Source: Candidatus Bathyarchaeota archaeon RBG_16_48_13 (GTDB lineage: Archaea > Thermoproteota > Bathyarchaeia > RBG-16-48-13). From it: DNA of 64,000 nucleotides. The stretch is taken from positions 72,041-136,040 of the forward strand of contig MEZH01000004.1 of NCBI GenBank assembly GCA_001775995.1. Reading direction: 5' to 3'. Below, piece after piece: positions 1 through 9,402 of this stretch. Made by a program: the position numbers and the translations under genes. Numbering within the stretch: position 1 is the first letter of the stretch; each line of letters begins with the position of its first letter. The notes under the pieces are model-generated. The model was not told the origin of the DNA and made no database searches. It saw nothing but the letters and a program-made list of their open reading frames with translations.

Positions 1-2
1 AG

Positions 3-905
3 ACGTTTCAAATCCTTCTGGAGAAGCGCCATGATGTTACCTGTGGTCATGGTGACTATTGCAAGGACAGCTATCAAAATATCCCAACGGAACTGAAGAC
101 TGAACATAATGATGAAGATTCTACAGAATCCGTATAGCCCGGTTTCGATGAGGACCCCTGACAGGAGAGCGCTTATTGAGCTGGGAGCCTCCGAGTGAGC
201 GTCCGGCAGCCACGTGTGCAATGGAACTATGGCGGTTTTTATACCAAAACCTACAGTGATCATTGCAAAGACTATCATTAGCCAAGGCGTTGGCGCAGCA
301 TTGAGCAGGGATTGAGAGAGCGACGCCAAGTTGAGTGTCCCTGTAGCTCCGTAAAGAAGAGAGAGAGCGAAGAGTATGGTTCCCGCGCCGAAGGAGCTTA
401 TGATCAGATATTTGAAGCTTGCTTCCATAGCGGTTTTCTGGGTTTTCCGGAATGCCACCAAAACGTATGATGTGATACTCATGAGTTCCCAGAAAATGAA
501 CAATGTGAAGAAGTCACCTGCCGAGACAACTCCCACCATTCCAGCTATCATTCCGAAGATCAGAACGTAATACTGGGGTAGGCCGGTTTCGTTCTCCATG
601 TATCTTACTGAATAGATGACCACGAATAACCCCAACAATAGGTAGATGGAAATCATGAAAATTGAAACCGAATCAACTTCTAATAAGGTGCCAAGGGTGG
701 GAGCGATAGTTTTCACGATAATGAAGCCATTGGCTGAGACGAGTGGCAGATCATACACCAAGAAGAAGAGGATTGTCGAAACAAAACCAATGACAGAGTA
801 ATATTGAACAAGATTCTTGACTCTAATCTTGGAGCTTAACCACCCGACGACTGCTGTCGATATCATAAAGAAAAACAGAACGTCAAGGGTCGCGGTAAAC
901 ATCAT
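3..905 (-). CDS. Antiporter-like membrane subunit (MrpD/NuoM-N/HyfB family) of the hydrogenase complex; truncated by window start
   Basis: Missing from the ORF track because it runs off the edge. Manual translation from ATG 905 gives MMFTATLDVLFF..., then LHTWLPDAHSEAPSSISALLSGVLIETGLYG and GNIMALLQKDLKR, both hallmark MrpD/NuoN motifs. Confidence 0.92.
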   Translation of the reverse strand, partial: MMFTATLDVLFFFMISTAVVGWLSSKIRVKNLVQYYSVIGFVSTILFFLVYDLPLVSANGFIIVKTIAPTLGTLLEVDSVSIFMISIYLLLGLFVVIYSVRYMENETGLPQYYVLIFGMIAGMVGVVSAGDFFTLFIFWELMSITSYVLVAFRKTQKTAMEASFKYLIISSFGAGTILFALSLLYGATGTLNLASLSQSLLNAAPTPWLMIVFAMITVGFGIKTAIVPLHTWLPDAHSEAPSSISALLSGVLIETGLYGFCRIFIIMFSLQFRWDILIAVLAIVTMTTGNIMALLQKDLKR

Positions 906-935
906 TGGTTTCTCCGGTGCGGACGTGCCTTCATA

Positions 936-1289
936 TTACCATTTTAACTCTTTCAGTTCGCTAACATCGAGTGTCTTGTACCGTCGATATGCATAAATCG
1001 CGATAGCCAATCCCACTGCGATCACACAGCTGCTAACGCCGATGGAGATTATGACGAAGGATTGAGCTAGGGGATCAGTGAAACCCTGAACTCGATAGGC
1101 CGCAAAGGCTATGAAATTCAGGTCTGCAGCGTTGACGATGATTTCGATGCCAATGATCAATTTAATCAAATTCTTCTTTGTTACCAGGCAATATAGCCCT
1201 ATAAAATATAGAGCCAATGAGCCTGCGAGGAAGAATTCTATGGAGAGCGTAGATCTTCCTCCCTCTCTCCTCTCACCATAGCCAAGCAA
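936..1289 (-). CDS. NuoK/MrpC-like membrane subunit (start uncertain: TTG 1289 or ACG 1250)
   Basis: Three hydrophobic segments; KKNLIKLIIGIEIIVNAADLNF and QSFVIISIGVSSCVIAVGLAI match the NuoK/MrpC pattern. Confidence 0.88.
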   Translation of the reverse strand: MLGYGERREGGRSTLSIEFFLAGSLALYFIGLYCLVTKKNLIKLIIGIEIIVNAADLNFIAFAAYRVQGFTDPLAQSFVIISIGVSSCVIAVGLAIAIYAYRRYKTLDVSELKELKW

Positions 1290-1528
1290 CAGGCCGCCGC
1301 TCCAAAGAGCACGAGGGCCAGCAGAATCAGATCAAGAGGCCGGAAACTCCAGAGAAAATTTGCTAGCATTTGACCCAGGTTGGGCACATCTATCCTTAAG
1401 AGTTCACTCGGAGCGCTCGAATATTCAAACAACGGAAACGTGTATCTTGACAACAGGGAGACTATGAAGGCCCCAAAGAGGACTAGAAATGTCAGTCCTA
1501 AGGCCAGAACTCGATCAACTTTTGGCAT
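1238..1528 (-). CDS. NuoJ C-terminal-like / MnhB-like small membrane subunit
   Basis: FLWSFRPLDLILLALVLFGAAACCLAMVR resembles the NuoJ C-terminal helix / MnhB FR.xD motif; overlaps its neighbours in the operon. Confidence 0.7.
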   Translation of the reverse strand: MPKVDRVLALGLTFLVLFGAFIVSLLSRYTFPLFEYSSAPSELLRIDVPNLGQMLANFLWSFRPLDLILLALVLFGAAACCLAMVRGEREEDLRSP

Positions 1529-1769
1529 GAATTCCTCCTCCGAGCATTATTGCCGCAATGAAAAGAACTATCACGGCACCAGCGTAGACCAAGATTTGGA
1601 AGAGTGCCGGATAGGGCGCACTTAGCAACCAAAAGAGGGCCCCGATCGTGATGCTCATTCCGCCAAGAGCTACAACTGAATGAAGAAGGTCAGGAAGTTC
1701 CACAACCAATATGGCCAGAACTATAGAGGCAATTATCAGAATTAGGCTAAGTAATTCTTCCACCCACAT
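1515..1769 (-). CDS. NuoJ N-terminal-like (DUF4040-type) membrane subunit
   Basis: Three TM helices, LLHSVVALGGMSITIGALFWLLSAPYPALFQILVYAGAVIVLF (NuoJ QxxVYxGA motif); probable start ATG 1769. Confidence 0.85.
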   Translation of the reverse strand: MWVEELLSLILIIASIVLAILVVELPDLLHSVVALGGMSITIGALFWLLSAPYPALFQILVYAGAVIVLFIAAIMLGGGIHAKS

Positions 1770-1882
1770 TAATTGAAATCTTCCCATCGAAACTTGATAG
1801 CCCACTGTTAAATTAGGAATATTAATAAACATTTTCACATACTCTTTGACCAAAAAGCTTTAAGCGGCGTCGACATCCAAAG

Positions 1883-1894
1883 CTTGAATTCAAG
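1883..1894. promoter_or_regulatory. Perfect 12-bp palindrome CTTGAATTCAAG, candidate operator in the divergent hydrogenase promoter region
   Basis: Seen directly, ~20 bp downstream of the TATA-like AAAAAGCTTTAAG (1852-1864) and upstream of the ATG at 1907. Confidence 0.35.
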
Positions 1895-1906
1895 GGTTCA
1901 TGGTCA

Positions 1907-2239
1907 ATGCCCGGCGTTCTTTCGTCCCCTCCTTTCATAATACTTTTCTCAGTTTTCGTAGGAGTAGCTATTTACTGGATTGGCGGTAGGTTGGGGGCCA
2001 AAGGGGAGGCTAGTCCAGGAAAAGAGGAGGCTTATGCATGTGGGGAAGATATGCCGGCGGTCAAGACCCAAATAAACATACAGTCTTTCTTCATATACGC
2101 TTTTTACTTCATGATTTTTGACATACTCGCATTTGTCTTAGTGACATCGTTCGGAACTGCTGGTATTTACGCAACCCTTTTCACTGGAATAGTCCTCTTG
2201 GCAGTAATTGTGCTTCCTAAGCTGGGAACTGGGGACTAA
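1907..2239 (+). CDS. nuoA: NuoA-like membrane subunit
   Basis: KEEAYACGEDMP and FFIYAFYFMIFDILAF match the NuoA YECG / F.IFD.E pattern; three TM helices. Confidence 0.9.
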   Translation: MPGVLSSPPFIILFSVFVGVAIYWIGGRLGAKGEASPGKEEAYACGEDMPAVKTQINIQSFFIYAFYFMIFDILAFVLVTSFGTAGIYATLFTGIVLLAVIVLPKLGTGD

Positions 2240-2240
2240 G

Positions 2241-2660
2241 ATGAACGTAGTCAAGTGGGCCAGATCGAAATCGCCATGGATAATCCATTTCAACACTGGA
2301 TCATGTAACGGTTGCGACATCGAAGTAGTTGCGGCCTTAACCCCCAAGTTCGATCTCGAGAGATTCGGCGTTCTTTTGAAGGGAAGCCCACGACACGCCG
2401 ACGTCATTGTAGTTACGGGCCCGGTCACTAACCAAGTGAAGGAAAGGCTGAAAAGAGTATACGAACAGATGCCCAGCCCAAAATTCGTAATGGCCATCGG
2501 CACCTGCGCATGCTCAGGCGGAGTCTTCAAAGACTGTTACAACTTATGCCAAGGGGTCGACAAAGTGATCCCGGTGGATATCTATGTTCCGGGCTGCGCG
2601 GCCAGCCCCGAAGCTATAATAGATGGCGCAGCAAAATTGTTGAAGAAGATCAGCGGCTAA
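2241..2660 (+). CDS. Group 4 [NiFe]-hydrogenase small subunit (NuoB-like)
   Basis: TGSCNGCDIE, SPRHAD, GTCACSGG and YVPGC motifs; start ATG 2241. Confidence 0.93.
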   Translation: MNVVKWARSKSPWIIHFNTGSCNGCDIEVVAALTPKFDLERFGVLLKGSPRHADVIVVTGPVTNQVKERLKRVYEQMPSPKFVMAIGTCACSGGVFKDCYNLCQGVDKVIPVDIYVPGCAASPEAIIDGAAKLLKKISG

Positions 2661-2672
2661 GGAGAAGGAGCA

Positions 2673-3179
2673 ATGGTAGAAACGAAGGAGAGCAAAACGG
2701 GACTCTTAGAGAGGTTAAGAAACTCAATTCCTCAAGAATGGATATTGAGTCTCAAAGCTCCTGAGCCACGCAGGATTTTCCTATCAGTAAAAAGGGAGCA
2801 TTTCAAAGAAGCTATGACCAAGATGCTCAAAGATGAGGAGATAACACACCTTTCGACGATTACAGGTGTGGATCTTGGAGAAGAAATCGAGGTCATTTAT
2901 CACCTTGATAAGTCTGGGACCATTCTATCAGTCAAGACGACGACCCCAAAGAGCCAACCCACGTTGCCGACTGTGACGGATTTGATACCAGGAGCGCCAC
3001 TCTACGAGCGAGAGGTGCATGAGCTCTTAGGGGTTGCATTCGATGGTCACCCAGATCTCTCCCGTCTGGTTCTCCCAGAAGGCTGGCCTCCTGGACTGTA
3101 CCCACTAAGGAGGGAGATCAGCATAGAGAACATACGTTCTGCACTTGAAAAGGCAAAGGAGGAAAAAAAAGTTGGATGA
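2673..3179 (+). CDS. NuoC-like subunit
   Basis: HLSTITGVD, YEREVHELLGVAFDGHPDL and YPLRR motifs. Confidence 0.93.
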   Translation: MVETKESKTGLLERLRNSIPQEWILSLKAPEPRRIFLSVKREHFKEAMTKMLKDEEITHLSTITGVDLGEEIEVIYHLDKSGTILSVKTTTPKSQPTLPTVTDLIPGAPLYEREVHELLGVAFDGHPDLSRLVLPEGWPPGLYPLRREISIENIRSALEKAKEEKKVG

Positions 3180-4350
3180 AGAAAGAGTCATCATCCCAAT
3201 AGGCCCTCAACACCCTGCCTTGAAAGAACCCATGAATTTCATGCTAAAGGTCGAAGGCGAGAAAGTCCTGGAAGCAATTCCCAACCTAGGCTATAACCAT
3301 AGAGGAATAGAGAAAGCAGCCACTGTAAGAACGTACATTCAGAACCTCTATCTCGCAGAGAGAATATGCGGAATTTGCTCGATTGCCCACGTGCAATGCT
3401 ACGCCCAAGGGGTGGAGAAACTTCTGGAGATGGAGATACCACCTAGAGCTCAATACGTCAGATTGATTCTCTCAGAGTTGAATCGACTCCACAGTCATCT
3501 CTTGTGGGTTGGGGTCGCGGCTCACGAGATTGGTTTTGACACGTTATTCATGTATCTGTGGAGAGACAGAGAGATAGTGATGGACACACTTGAACTCATA
3601 ACTGGAAACAGAGTCTCATATGGTTTCACAATGTTGGGTGGAGTTCGAAGAGACATATCGCCCGACATGGCCGCCAGAGTGAAAAAAGAGATGAAAACGG
3701 TACGGGATAGAACTCAATACTATAAGAAGATGAGCTCTAATGAAAGAAGCATCCTGAAGAGAACACAGGGTGTGGGAATCCTAAAGCCCCAAGACGCCCT
3801 AGCCCTATGTGCATGCGGACCCACTCTGAGGGCTAGCAACATCAAATGGGATGTGAGGAGAGAGGACCCATACTTAGCATACAACGAGATACCCTTCAAT
3901 GTTGTGACTTCTGATGGATGCGACGTGCTAAGCAGAATGATCGTCCACTACGATGAGGTGATAGAGGCTACAAACATAATCGAATATGCCCTTGACCACA
4001 TGCCAAGCGGCTCCTTCAGGGAAAAAGTCACCAGAAGGATTCCAGCGGGAGAGGTAGTAAGTAGAGTTGAAGCTCCCAGAGGAGAGGACATACATTACAT
4101 AAAATCCAATGGAACTGACAAGCCGGAGAGATTCAAGGTTAGGGCTCCGACTCTCGGAAACATACCCGCCGTCTGCAAAATGCTCTCTGACAGTTACATC
4201 GCGGACGTGCCAATAATCCTGGCAGGGATAGATCCCTGTTTCAGTTGCACGGATAGGGTCACTTTCGTAAAGGGAGAGATGGGTAAGGGCTGGATCTGGA
4301 CCCAAGAGGAACTCAGGAGGTACGCCAACAGGTGGTACCAGCAGAGATAA
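3172..4350 (+). CDS. Group 4 [NiFe]-hydrogenase large subunit
   Basis: L1 ERICGICSIAH and L2 DPCFSCTDR retain all four Ni-Fe cysteines; 30-aa C-terminal extension after the Arg; IGPQHP at the N-terminus; likely TTG start 3172. Confidence 0.95.
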   Translation: MDEERVIIPIGPQHPALKEPMNFMLKVEGEKVLEAIPNLGYNHRGIEKAATVRTYIQNLYLAERICGICSIAHVQCYAQGVEKLLEMEIPPRAQYVRLILSELNRLHSHLLWVGVAAHEIGFDTLFMYLWRDREIVMDTLELITGNRVSYGFTMLGGVRRDISPDMAARVKKEMKTVRDRTQYYKKMSSNERSILKRTQGVGILKPQDALALCACGPTLRASNIKWDVRREDPYLAYNEIPFNVVTSDGCDVLSRMIVHYDEVIEATNIIEYALDHMPSGSFREKVTRRIPAGEVVSRVEAPRGEDIHYIKSNGTDKPERFKVRAPTLGNIPAVCKMLSDSYIADVPIILAGIDPCFSCTDRVTFVKGEMGKGWIWTQEELRRYANRWYQQR

Positions 4351-5294
4351 TAGAATTCTTAAGCGTTCTAATATATCCGGGATTCATCTTCATCTTTACC
4401 CTGGCTTTTTTCTATGAGTGGGTAGATAGGAAATTTGTGGCAAGATTGCAGAACAGATACGGTCCCCTTTACGCCGGACCGGGTGGTATTCTGCAGCCAT
4501 TCGCAGATTTCATCAAGCTGTTGGCCAAGGAAGACATTACTCCGCGTGCTGCTGACAAGACCACCTTCCGAGTCACGCCCATACTCATGCTTGCCTTGGC
4601 TCTTTCGACACTATTCTTCATCCCTACAGCCTACACAACAGCTGTGTCGTGGTTCGAAGGGGACTTGATCTTCGTTACTTTCTTGGTCAGTATATTGGTA
4701 TTGATAACCTTGATAGCAGCCTGGAGTTCTACCAGCACGTTCAGCACAGTGGGGGGTATCAGGGTAGTGCTCCAGATGCTGGGGTTTGAAATTCCTATGA
4801 CAATAGTCATGGTCGGTCCGGCAATAGTGTCCAAGACGCTATCCATTACCAATATTGCTCTGTGGCAATACACCACTGGTCATTACTTCGCCATCTACCA
4901 GCCCATAGGGCTTATAGTACTCATCATTTGCCTTTTGGCTGAAATCAAGAAAGCTCCCTTCGATATTCCCGAAGCTGAAAGTGAGTTAGCTGCCGGATGG
5001 ATCACGGAGTTCTCAGGAAGGAAGTTGGCTCTGATAAGACTGACAACAGACGTCGAGCTGATACTGGCCGGGGCCTTGGTGACAGCCCTGTTCCTAGGTG
5101 GCCCAACCGGACCTTTCGGAATACCCTCCGTCATATTCTTCCTGATAAAGACCACGGGGGTCATACTCGTCATCTCAAACCTGAGAGCGCTATTTGCCCG
5201 GTTCAGGATTGATCAGATGCTTGGAGGATTCTGGAAGTATCTGGTACCCCTAGCTCTTCTTCAGATAATATTAGTCACATTAGGGGTTGGTTAG
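4332..5294 (+). CDS. NuoH/HyfC-like membrane subunit
   Basis: RKFVARLQNRYGP, QPFADFIKLLAKE and PFDIPEAESELAAGWITEFSG motifs. Confidence 0.95.
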   Translation: MVPAEIIEFLSVLIYPGFIFIFTLAFFYEWVDRKFVARLQNRYGPLYAGPGGILQPFADFIKLLAKEDITPRAADKTTFRVTPILMLALALSTLFFIPTAYTTAVSWFEGDLIFVTFLVSILVLITLIAAWSSTSTFSTVGGIRVVLQMLGFEIPMTIVMVGPAIVSKTLSITNIALWQYTTGHYFAIYQPIGLIVLIICLLAEIKKAPFDIPEAESELAAGWITEFSGRKLALIRLTTDVELILAGALVTALFLGGPTGPFGIPSVIFFLIKTTGVILVISNLRALFARFRIDQMLGGFWKYLVPLALLQIILVTLGVG

Positions 5295-5296
5295 AG

Positions 5297-5641
5297 ATGG
5301 CGATGGAACATGAATTGCTCCGAAATCTAAGGAAGAAGGTTGCCACTGAGAAATACCCTTTTATTAAGAAGAAGCCCCCGGAAGGACTGCGCGGTAAACT
5401 GATAATAGACATGGCGAAGTGCATAGGATGCGGTCTCTGCGTCTTTGATTGCCCTGCCGGGGCCATAGAAATGATTGGCAAAGGCACTGCAGCAGATCTA
5501 AAGGTATACTTGGACAGGTGCCACTTCTGTGGCCAATGTGCCGAGAGTTGCCCCTCAAAATGTATAGTGTACAGCACTGAGTTTGAGTTGGCGAATTTCG
5601 ATAAGAAAAATCTGACTATAGAATTTAAGAGAAAACTGTAG
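5297..5641 (+). CDS. NuoI-like 2x[4Fe-4S] ferredoxin subunit
   Basis: CIGCGLCVFDCP and CHFCGQCAESCP. Confidence 0.93.
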   Translation: MAMEHELLRNLRKKVATEKYPFIKKKPPEGLRGKLIIDMAKCIGCGLCVFDCPAGAIEMIGKGTAADLKVYLDRCHFCGQCAESCPSKCIVYSTEFELANFDKKNLTIEFKRKL

Positions 5642-5702
5642 TATAACTGATTCTGGCAGCACGAGCTATTTGCGATTCTTGTCAGACTCAGGTTTCGGTG
5701 GC

Positions 5703-6203
5703 ATGACCGTCATGAAATGGGAAAAAGATTTGACATCATGGCTCAAAGATTCAAGGAGAGTATTGGTCATGGGAATTGGAAATCCTCTCGGAGGGGACGA
5801 CAACCTTGGAAACTCAATGATTGAAGCAATCAAAAGGTTACCGCCAATAAAGGGAGTAACCTTACTAAGGTGTGATACGATACCCGAAAACTTCACTGGA
5901 AGGATAAGGAAACTGAAGCCAGATCACGTGATTATCATAGATGCATCAGAGATAAATGGAAGATGGGGGGAAGCGGCACTCATACCGCCCTCAGAGATCA
6001 AGGGGATACCAATATCCAATCATTCACTGCCCATAAATCTCCTCTCGGAATATGTCCAAGAAACCATAGGTACGAAAGTTATGATGCTTGCTGTTCAACC
6101 CAAAGAGATGTCATACAGCGACAGACTTTCTAAAGAGATAGAGAGCTCCATAACGGTTATCTCAAAGAAATTATTTGAAATCCTATCGGCCCGGCGTTCT
6201 TGA
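5703..6203 (+). CDS. hycI: Hydrogenase maturation endopeptidase (HycI family)
   Basis: MGIGNPLGGDD, TIPENFTG, IIDA and SNHSLP motifs; ends the hydrogenase operon. Confidence 0.9.
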   Translation: MTVMKWEKDLTSWLKDSRRVLVMGIGNPLGGDDNLGNSMIEAIKRLPPIKGVTLLRCDTIPENFTGRIRKLKPDHVIIIDASEINGRWGEAALIPPSEIKGIPISNHSLPINLLSEYVQETIGTKVMMLAVQPKEMSYSDRLSKEIESSITVISKKLFEILSARRS

Positions 6204-6284
6204 TCCATCAGATCAAGATGAAAATGAGAGTATTTCATGAATGACCTTGGAAAACAAGCCTCTAAACACCTAGGGAGTACTGCT

Positions 6285-7337
6285 ATGAGAATAGAAAATC
6301 TCAGGAAAGCATTCTCATCAGATTTAGATCACTTCATAGTGACAAATCCGAAAAATCTATTCTATTTGACAGGATTTCAGGGGAGTGGCGTCTTGATGAT
6401 AACGCCGGACAGTGCAGTGACCCTCTATGTATATTCGATCGAATTTGAGCATGCAAAGAGCAAAGCAAGAGGATGCGAAATAGAACTCTTGGAGAATAAG
6501 ATGAAGATTGAAGAGAAGGTTATGAATGATCTGAAGGTTCGGGGAGCCAAACGGGTAGGCATCGATGACCTTCCAATCTCCCAGTATCTGTTATTCAAGA
6601 GAAGAAGCAGAGGAATGGAAATCCTGCTCAAAGTCGATCTAATATGGAAGCTACGGAAGAGAAAGGATTCTGTAGAACTCAAGAACATGAAAAAAGCTGC
6701 TGAAATAGCGACCCATGGCTTCGAAGCTGCTCTGGAAGCAATAAGACCGGGAGCAACTGAAAAAGAAGTCGCTGCGGAAATCGAATATAGGATGAGGAGG
6801 CACGGATCGGAGGGGTTGGCTTTCGACTCAATAGTTGCATCAGGCTTCAACTCGATTCTTCCTCATGTTGGACCGACAGAAAGAAAAATCAGGGATGACG
6901 ATTTCGTTATAGTTGACATAGGGTCAATTTACGAAGGCTACTGCACAGACATAACTAGAACATACGTGGCAGGAAACCCATCGGTTCGACAAAGACGGAT
7001 GTACGATGCCGTTTTGAGAGCACACGATAGGGCCATCGAATGTATCCAAGAGGGTGTAATGGCGAAGGTGGTTGATCACAGAGCTAGACAGATCCTGTCA
7101 AGAAGAGGCTATGGAGAATTCTTTGTGCATTCCTTAGGTCATGGCGTGGGTTTGGAAGTCCACGAGCCTCCAAGGCTGAGTCCTAATAGCAGTGAGGAAC
7201 TTCAGAGCGGATATGTGGTCACAGTCGAGCCCGGGGTATACATTCCAGGCTATGGAGGCGTAAGGATAGAAGATACAGTTGCTGTGGTCAGAGGTGGGTC
7301 TGAAAGGTTATCCGAGGCCCCGTATGGCCTGAGCTAG
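6285..7337 (+). CDS. Xaa-Pro aminopeptidase (M24B)
   Basis: VDIGS..GYCTDITRT, HSLGHGVGLEVHEPP, TVEPGVY and GGVRIED. Confidence 0.95.
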   Translation: MRIENLRKAFSSDLDHFIVTNPKNLFYLTGFQGSGVLMITPDSAVTLYVYSIEFEHAKSKARGCEIELLENKMKIEEKVMNDLKVRGAKRVGIDDLPISQYLLFKRRSRGMEILLKVDLIWKLRKRKDSVELKNMKKAAEIATHGFEAALEAIRPGATEKEVAAEIEYRMRRHGSEGLAFDSIVASGFNSILPHVGPTERKIRDDDFVIVDIGSIYEGYCTDITRTYVAGNPSVRQRRMYDAVLRAHDRAIECIQEGVMAKVVDHRARQILSRRGYGEFFVHSLGHGVGLEVHEPPRLSPNSSEELQSGYVVTVEPGVYIPGYGGVRIEDTVAVVRGGSERLSEAPYGLS

Positions 7338-8125
7338 TGGCCGAACCGTCTCTTCCTTTTTTGATAAATCCTGACAGCTCTCCAGAGGTCTATCTTTCTC
7401 AGGTCCGGCCAATAGACGTCCAAGAAGTACAGTTCGCTATACGCGCTCTGCCAAAGAAGGAAGCCGCTTAGTCTCTCCTCTCCAGAAGTCCTTATAATGA
7501 GATCAGGATCGGATTTTGGCAAGTGTGATGTGTAAAGATGGTCTTCGATGAGCTTCTCATCAATGTCCTCTGGGCGAAGTCTACCTTCTGTTACCGCCTT
7601 AGTGATCCAACGCGTAGCGTCGACTATCTCGGCTCTACCGCCGTAAGCGATTGCTATGTTCAAAAAATGCTCTGCATAATTTTCAGTCGACTTCTCAGTC
7701 TCCGCAATTAGGTCTTGGAGGACTTGGGGAAGTAGATGTATCCTGCCTATAGCTTTGACACGAACCCTTTTCTGGTGGATCTTTACATCGGCCAGTAATG
7801 TTCGTATTTTTTCCTCGGCCAGCTTCATTATTGTTGTGATCTCCTCTGGAGGGCGCTGGAAATTCTCCATGGAAAAAACGTAGATGGTTATGGTTCTGAC
7901 GTTAAGGTCAAGGCACCAATCCAATAGAGTCTGTACCTTTTCAGCGCCCTTTTTATGGCCTATCCAAACTGGGAGTAGGTTCTCGCGAGCCCATCTCCTA
8001 TTTCCGTCCAATATGACACCTATGTGGCCAGGCATTTGGGAATTTCTTATCTGGCGCCACAGGTATTCTTCATAGGCTTTGTAGACTCCTAGTACTCGTA
8101 AGGTTCTCTCTAAAATAGGCGGCAT
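7334..8125 (-). CDS. uppS: cis-Prenyltransferase (UppS family)
   Basis: HIGVILDGNRRWA, FSMENFQRP, YGGRAEI and RTSGEERLSGFLLWQSAYSE. Confidence 0.96.
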   Translation of the reverse strand: MPPILERTLRVLGVYKAYEEYLWRQIRNSQMPGHIGVILDGNRRWARENLLPVWIGHKKGAEKVQTLLDWCLDLNVRTITIYVFSMENFQRPPEEITTIMKLAEEKIRTLLADVKIHQKRVRVKAIGRIHLLPQVLQDLIAETEKSTENYAEHFLNIAIAYGGRAEIVDATRWITKAVTEGRLRPEDIDEKLIEDHLYTSHLPKSDPDLIIRTSGEERLSGFLLWQSAYSELYFLDVYWPDLRKIDLWRAVRIYQKRKRRFGH

Positions 8126-8139
8126 CTCCGGTCTTGGGA

Positions 8140-9312
8140 TTATTCTTCCTCGCTGTGCTCATCTTTCCTGAAGTGATTTGAGTATCTCCTGCTCAGAACC
8201 CGCACTATGAAAACCGAGGAAGCGGTTACCAAGATGCCAAATCCTACAGAAGCAACCAGAGTCATTGGCGACACAGATGGGTCAAGAAGGATGAGGGAAG
8301 ATCTAAGAGCCACCTCTCTTGAAGGCAGTACCATGACAGCGCCAATCACGTTTCGCCAAAGCTTTGAACTCTCGATGAAAAGGTAATAGATGGACCTACC
8401 AATAAAGAACACTCCGACGCCTATGGTTATCAGGTCCAGTGAGTAGGCTATGAATTTGCCAATTATGAGTGGCAAATTTGCAAGTATTATGCCCAGATCA
8501 AAGGGAATTTGAACCTCAACCATTATTTTGGATATCGCCTGATAAGTGCCGATGAGAACTAGGACGAACCCTGCAGAGCTTGTGAAGAATCTAATCTGAG
8601 CCAAAGGAGTTGGTATAAGGCTCGTTCGGACATAATGATTCACTCGCTTGATCCGCTGGTCCAATGCAAAGCCCTTGACAAGCAGTATGACGCCTAGAAT
8701 TATCAATAGAGCTTGCCCTGTATAGATTAGTTGTTGGTAATACCAAAGGAAAAAGAAGGCTATCAGCAGTATTCCAGGTATTCCCAGGAACACCCGTGAG
8801 TACCTAGCATCCTCCGTAATCATTCTGACATATTTGAAGAAGACGGCCCAAGATTCTTCTATGGACTCACTGTGCTTCACAACTGTCCGTTTTATGGACA
8901 TTATTGGAACGCGTGATTCAACAATTGGGATGACTGATTCATCTCCGTAGCCATCGGAAACCAGAATAGCGTTGTTGGCTGGAAATCTTTCGAGAATCGA
9001 TTCGAGTTCTGAGGCCAACTTCCGGTCAGCCTCTACTCCCCCAGAGTGAGAACCCGAAATAGAGGCCACTTCAATCTTCTCTTTAGGTTCAGTCAGGGTC
9101 TTCTTCATATCATCGAAAATTTTCACCGCATCGAATATGGCGTTGGCATCTGCTTCTTCCGGATCGTTCAGAGCCAATTCTATTGCAGCCTTAATGTTTT
9201 CATCTCGCCCTATGACAGGAGTATTCACGCGCCCCTTTGCCTCGATATCCCCATCTCGGTCAACGCATAGCACCAGGATTCTGTCGGACTCGCCTTTGAT
9301 CTTACTTGCCAT
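8140..9312 (-). CDS. DUF373 family archaeal membrane protein
   Basis: LVLCVDRDGD, DPEEADANAIF and VSDGYGDE motifs followed by several TM helices. Confidence 0.88.
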   Translation of the reverse strand: MASKIKGESDRILVLCVDRDGDIEAKGRVNTPVIGRDENIKAAIELALNDPEEADANAIFDAVKIFDDMKKTLTEPKEKIEVASISGSHSGGVEADRKLASELESILERFPANNAILVSDGYGDESVIPIVESRVPIMSIKRTVVKHSESIEESWAVFFKYVRMITEDARYSRVFLGIPGILLIAFFFLWYYQQLIYTGQALLIILGVILLVKGFALDQRIKRVNHYVRTSLIPTPLAQIRFFTSSAGFVLVLIGTYQAISKIMVEVQIPFDLGIILANLPLIIGKFIAYSLDLITIGVGVFFIGRSIYYLFIESSKLWRNVIGAVMVLPSREVALRSSLILLDPSVSPMTLVASVGFGILVTASSVFIVRVLSRRYSNHFRKDEHSEEE

Positions 9313-9402
9313 GAGGAATCGAGCGCCTTTGGTCAATCTTGAAACAACGATTCTTGATTTCTGGGTACTGGTCAATGAAGAAAGCGTAATAGACGCTCTC
9401 TG

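Noticed and set aside
3172-4350. NuoD/FpoD of a non-hydrogenase complex I
   Set aside because: Both CxxC Ni-binding motifs, a C-terminal extension and an adjacent maturation protease are present.
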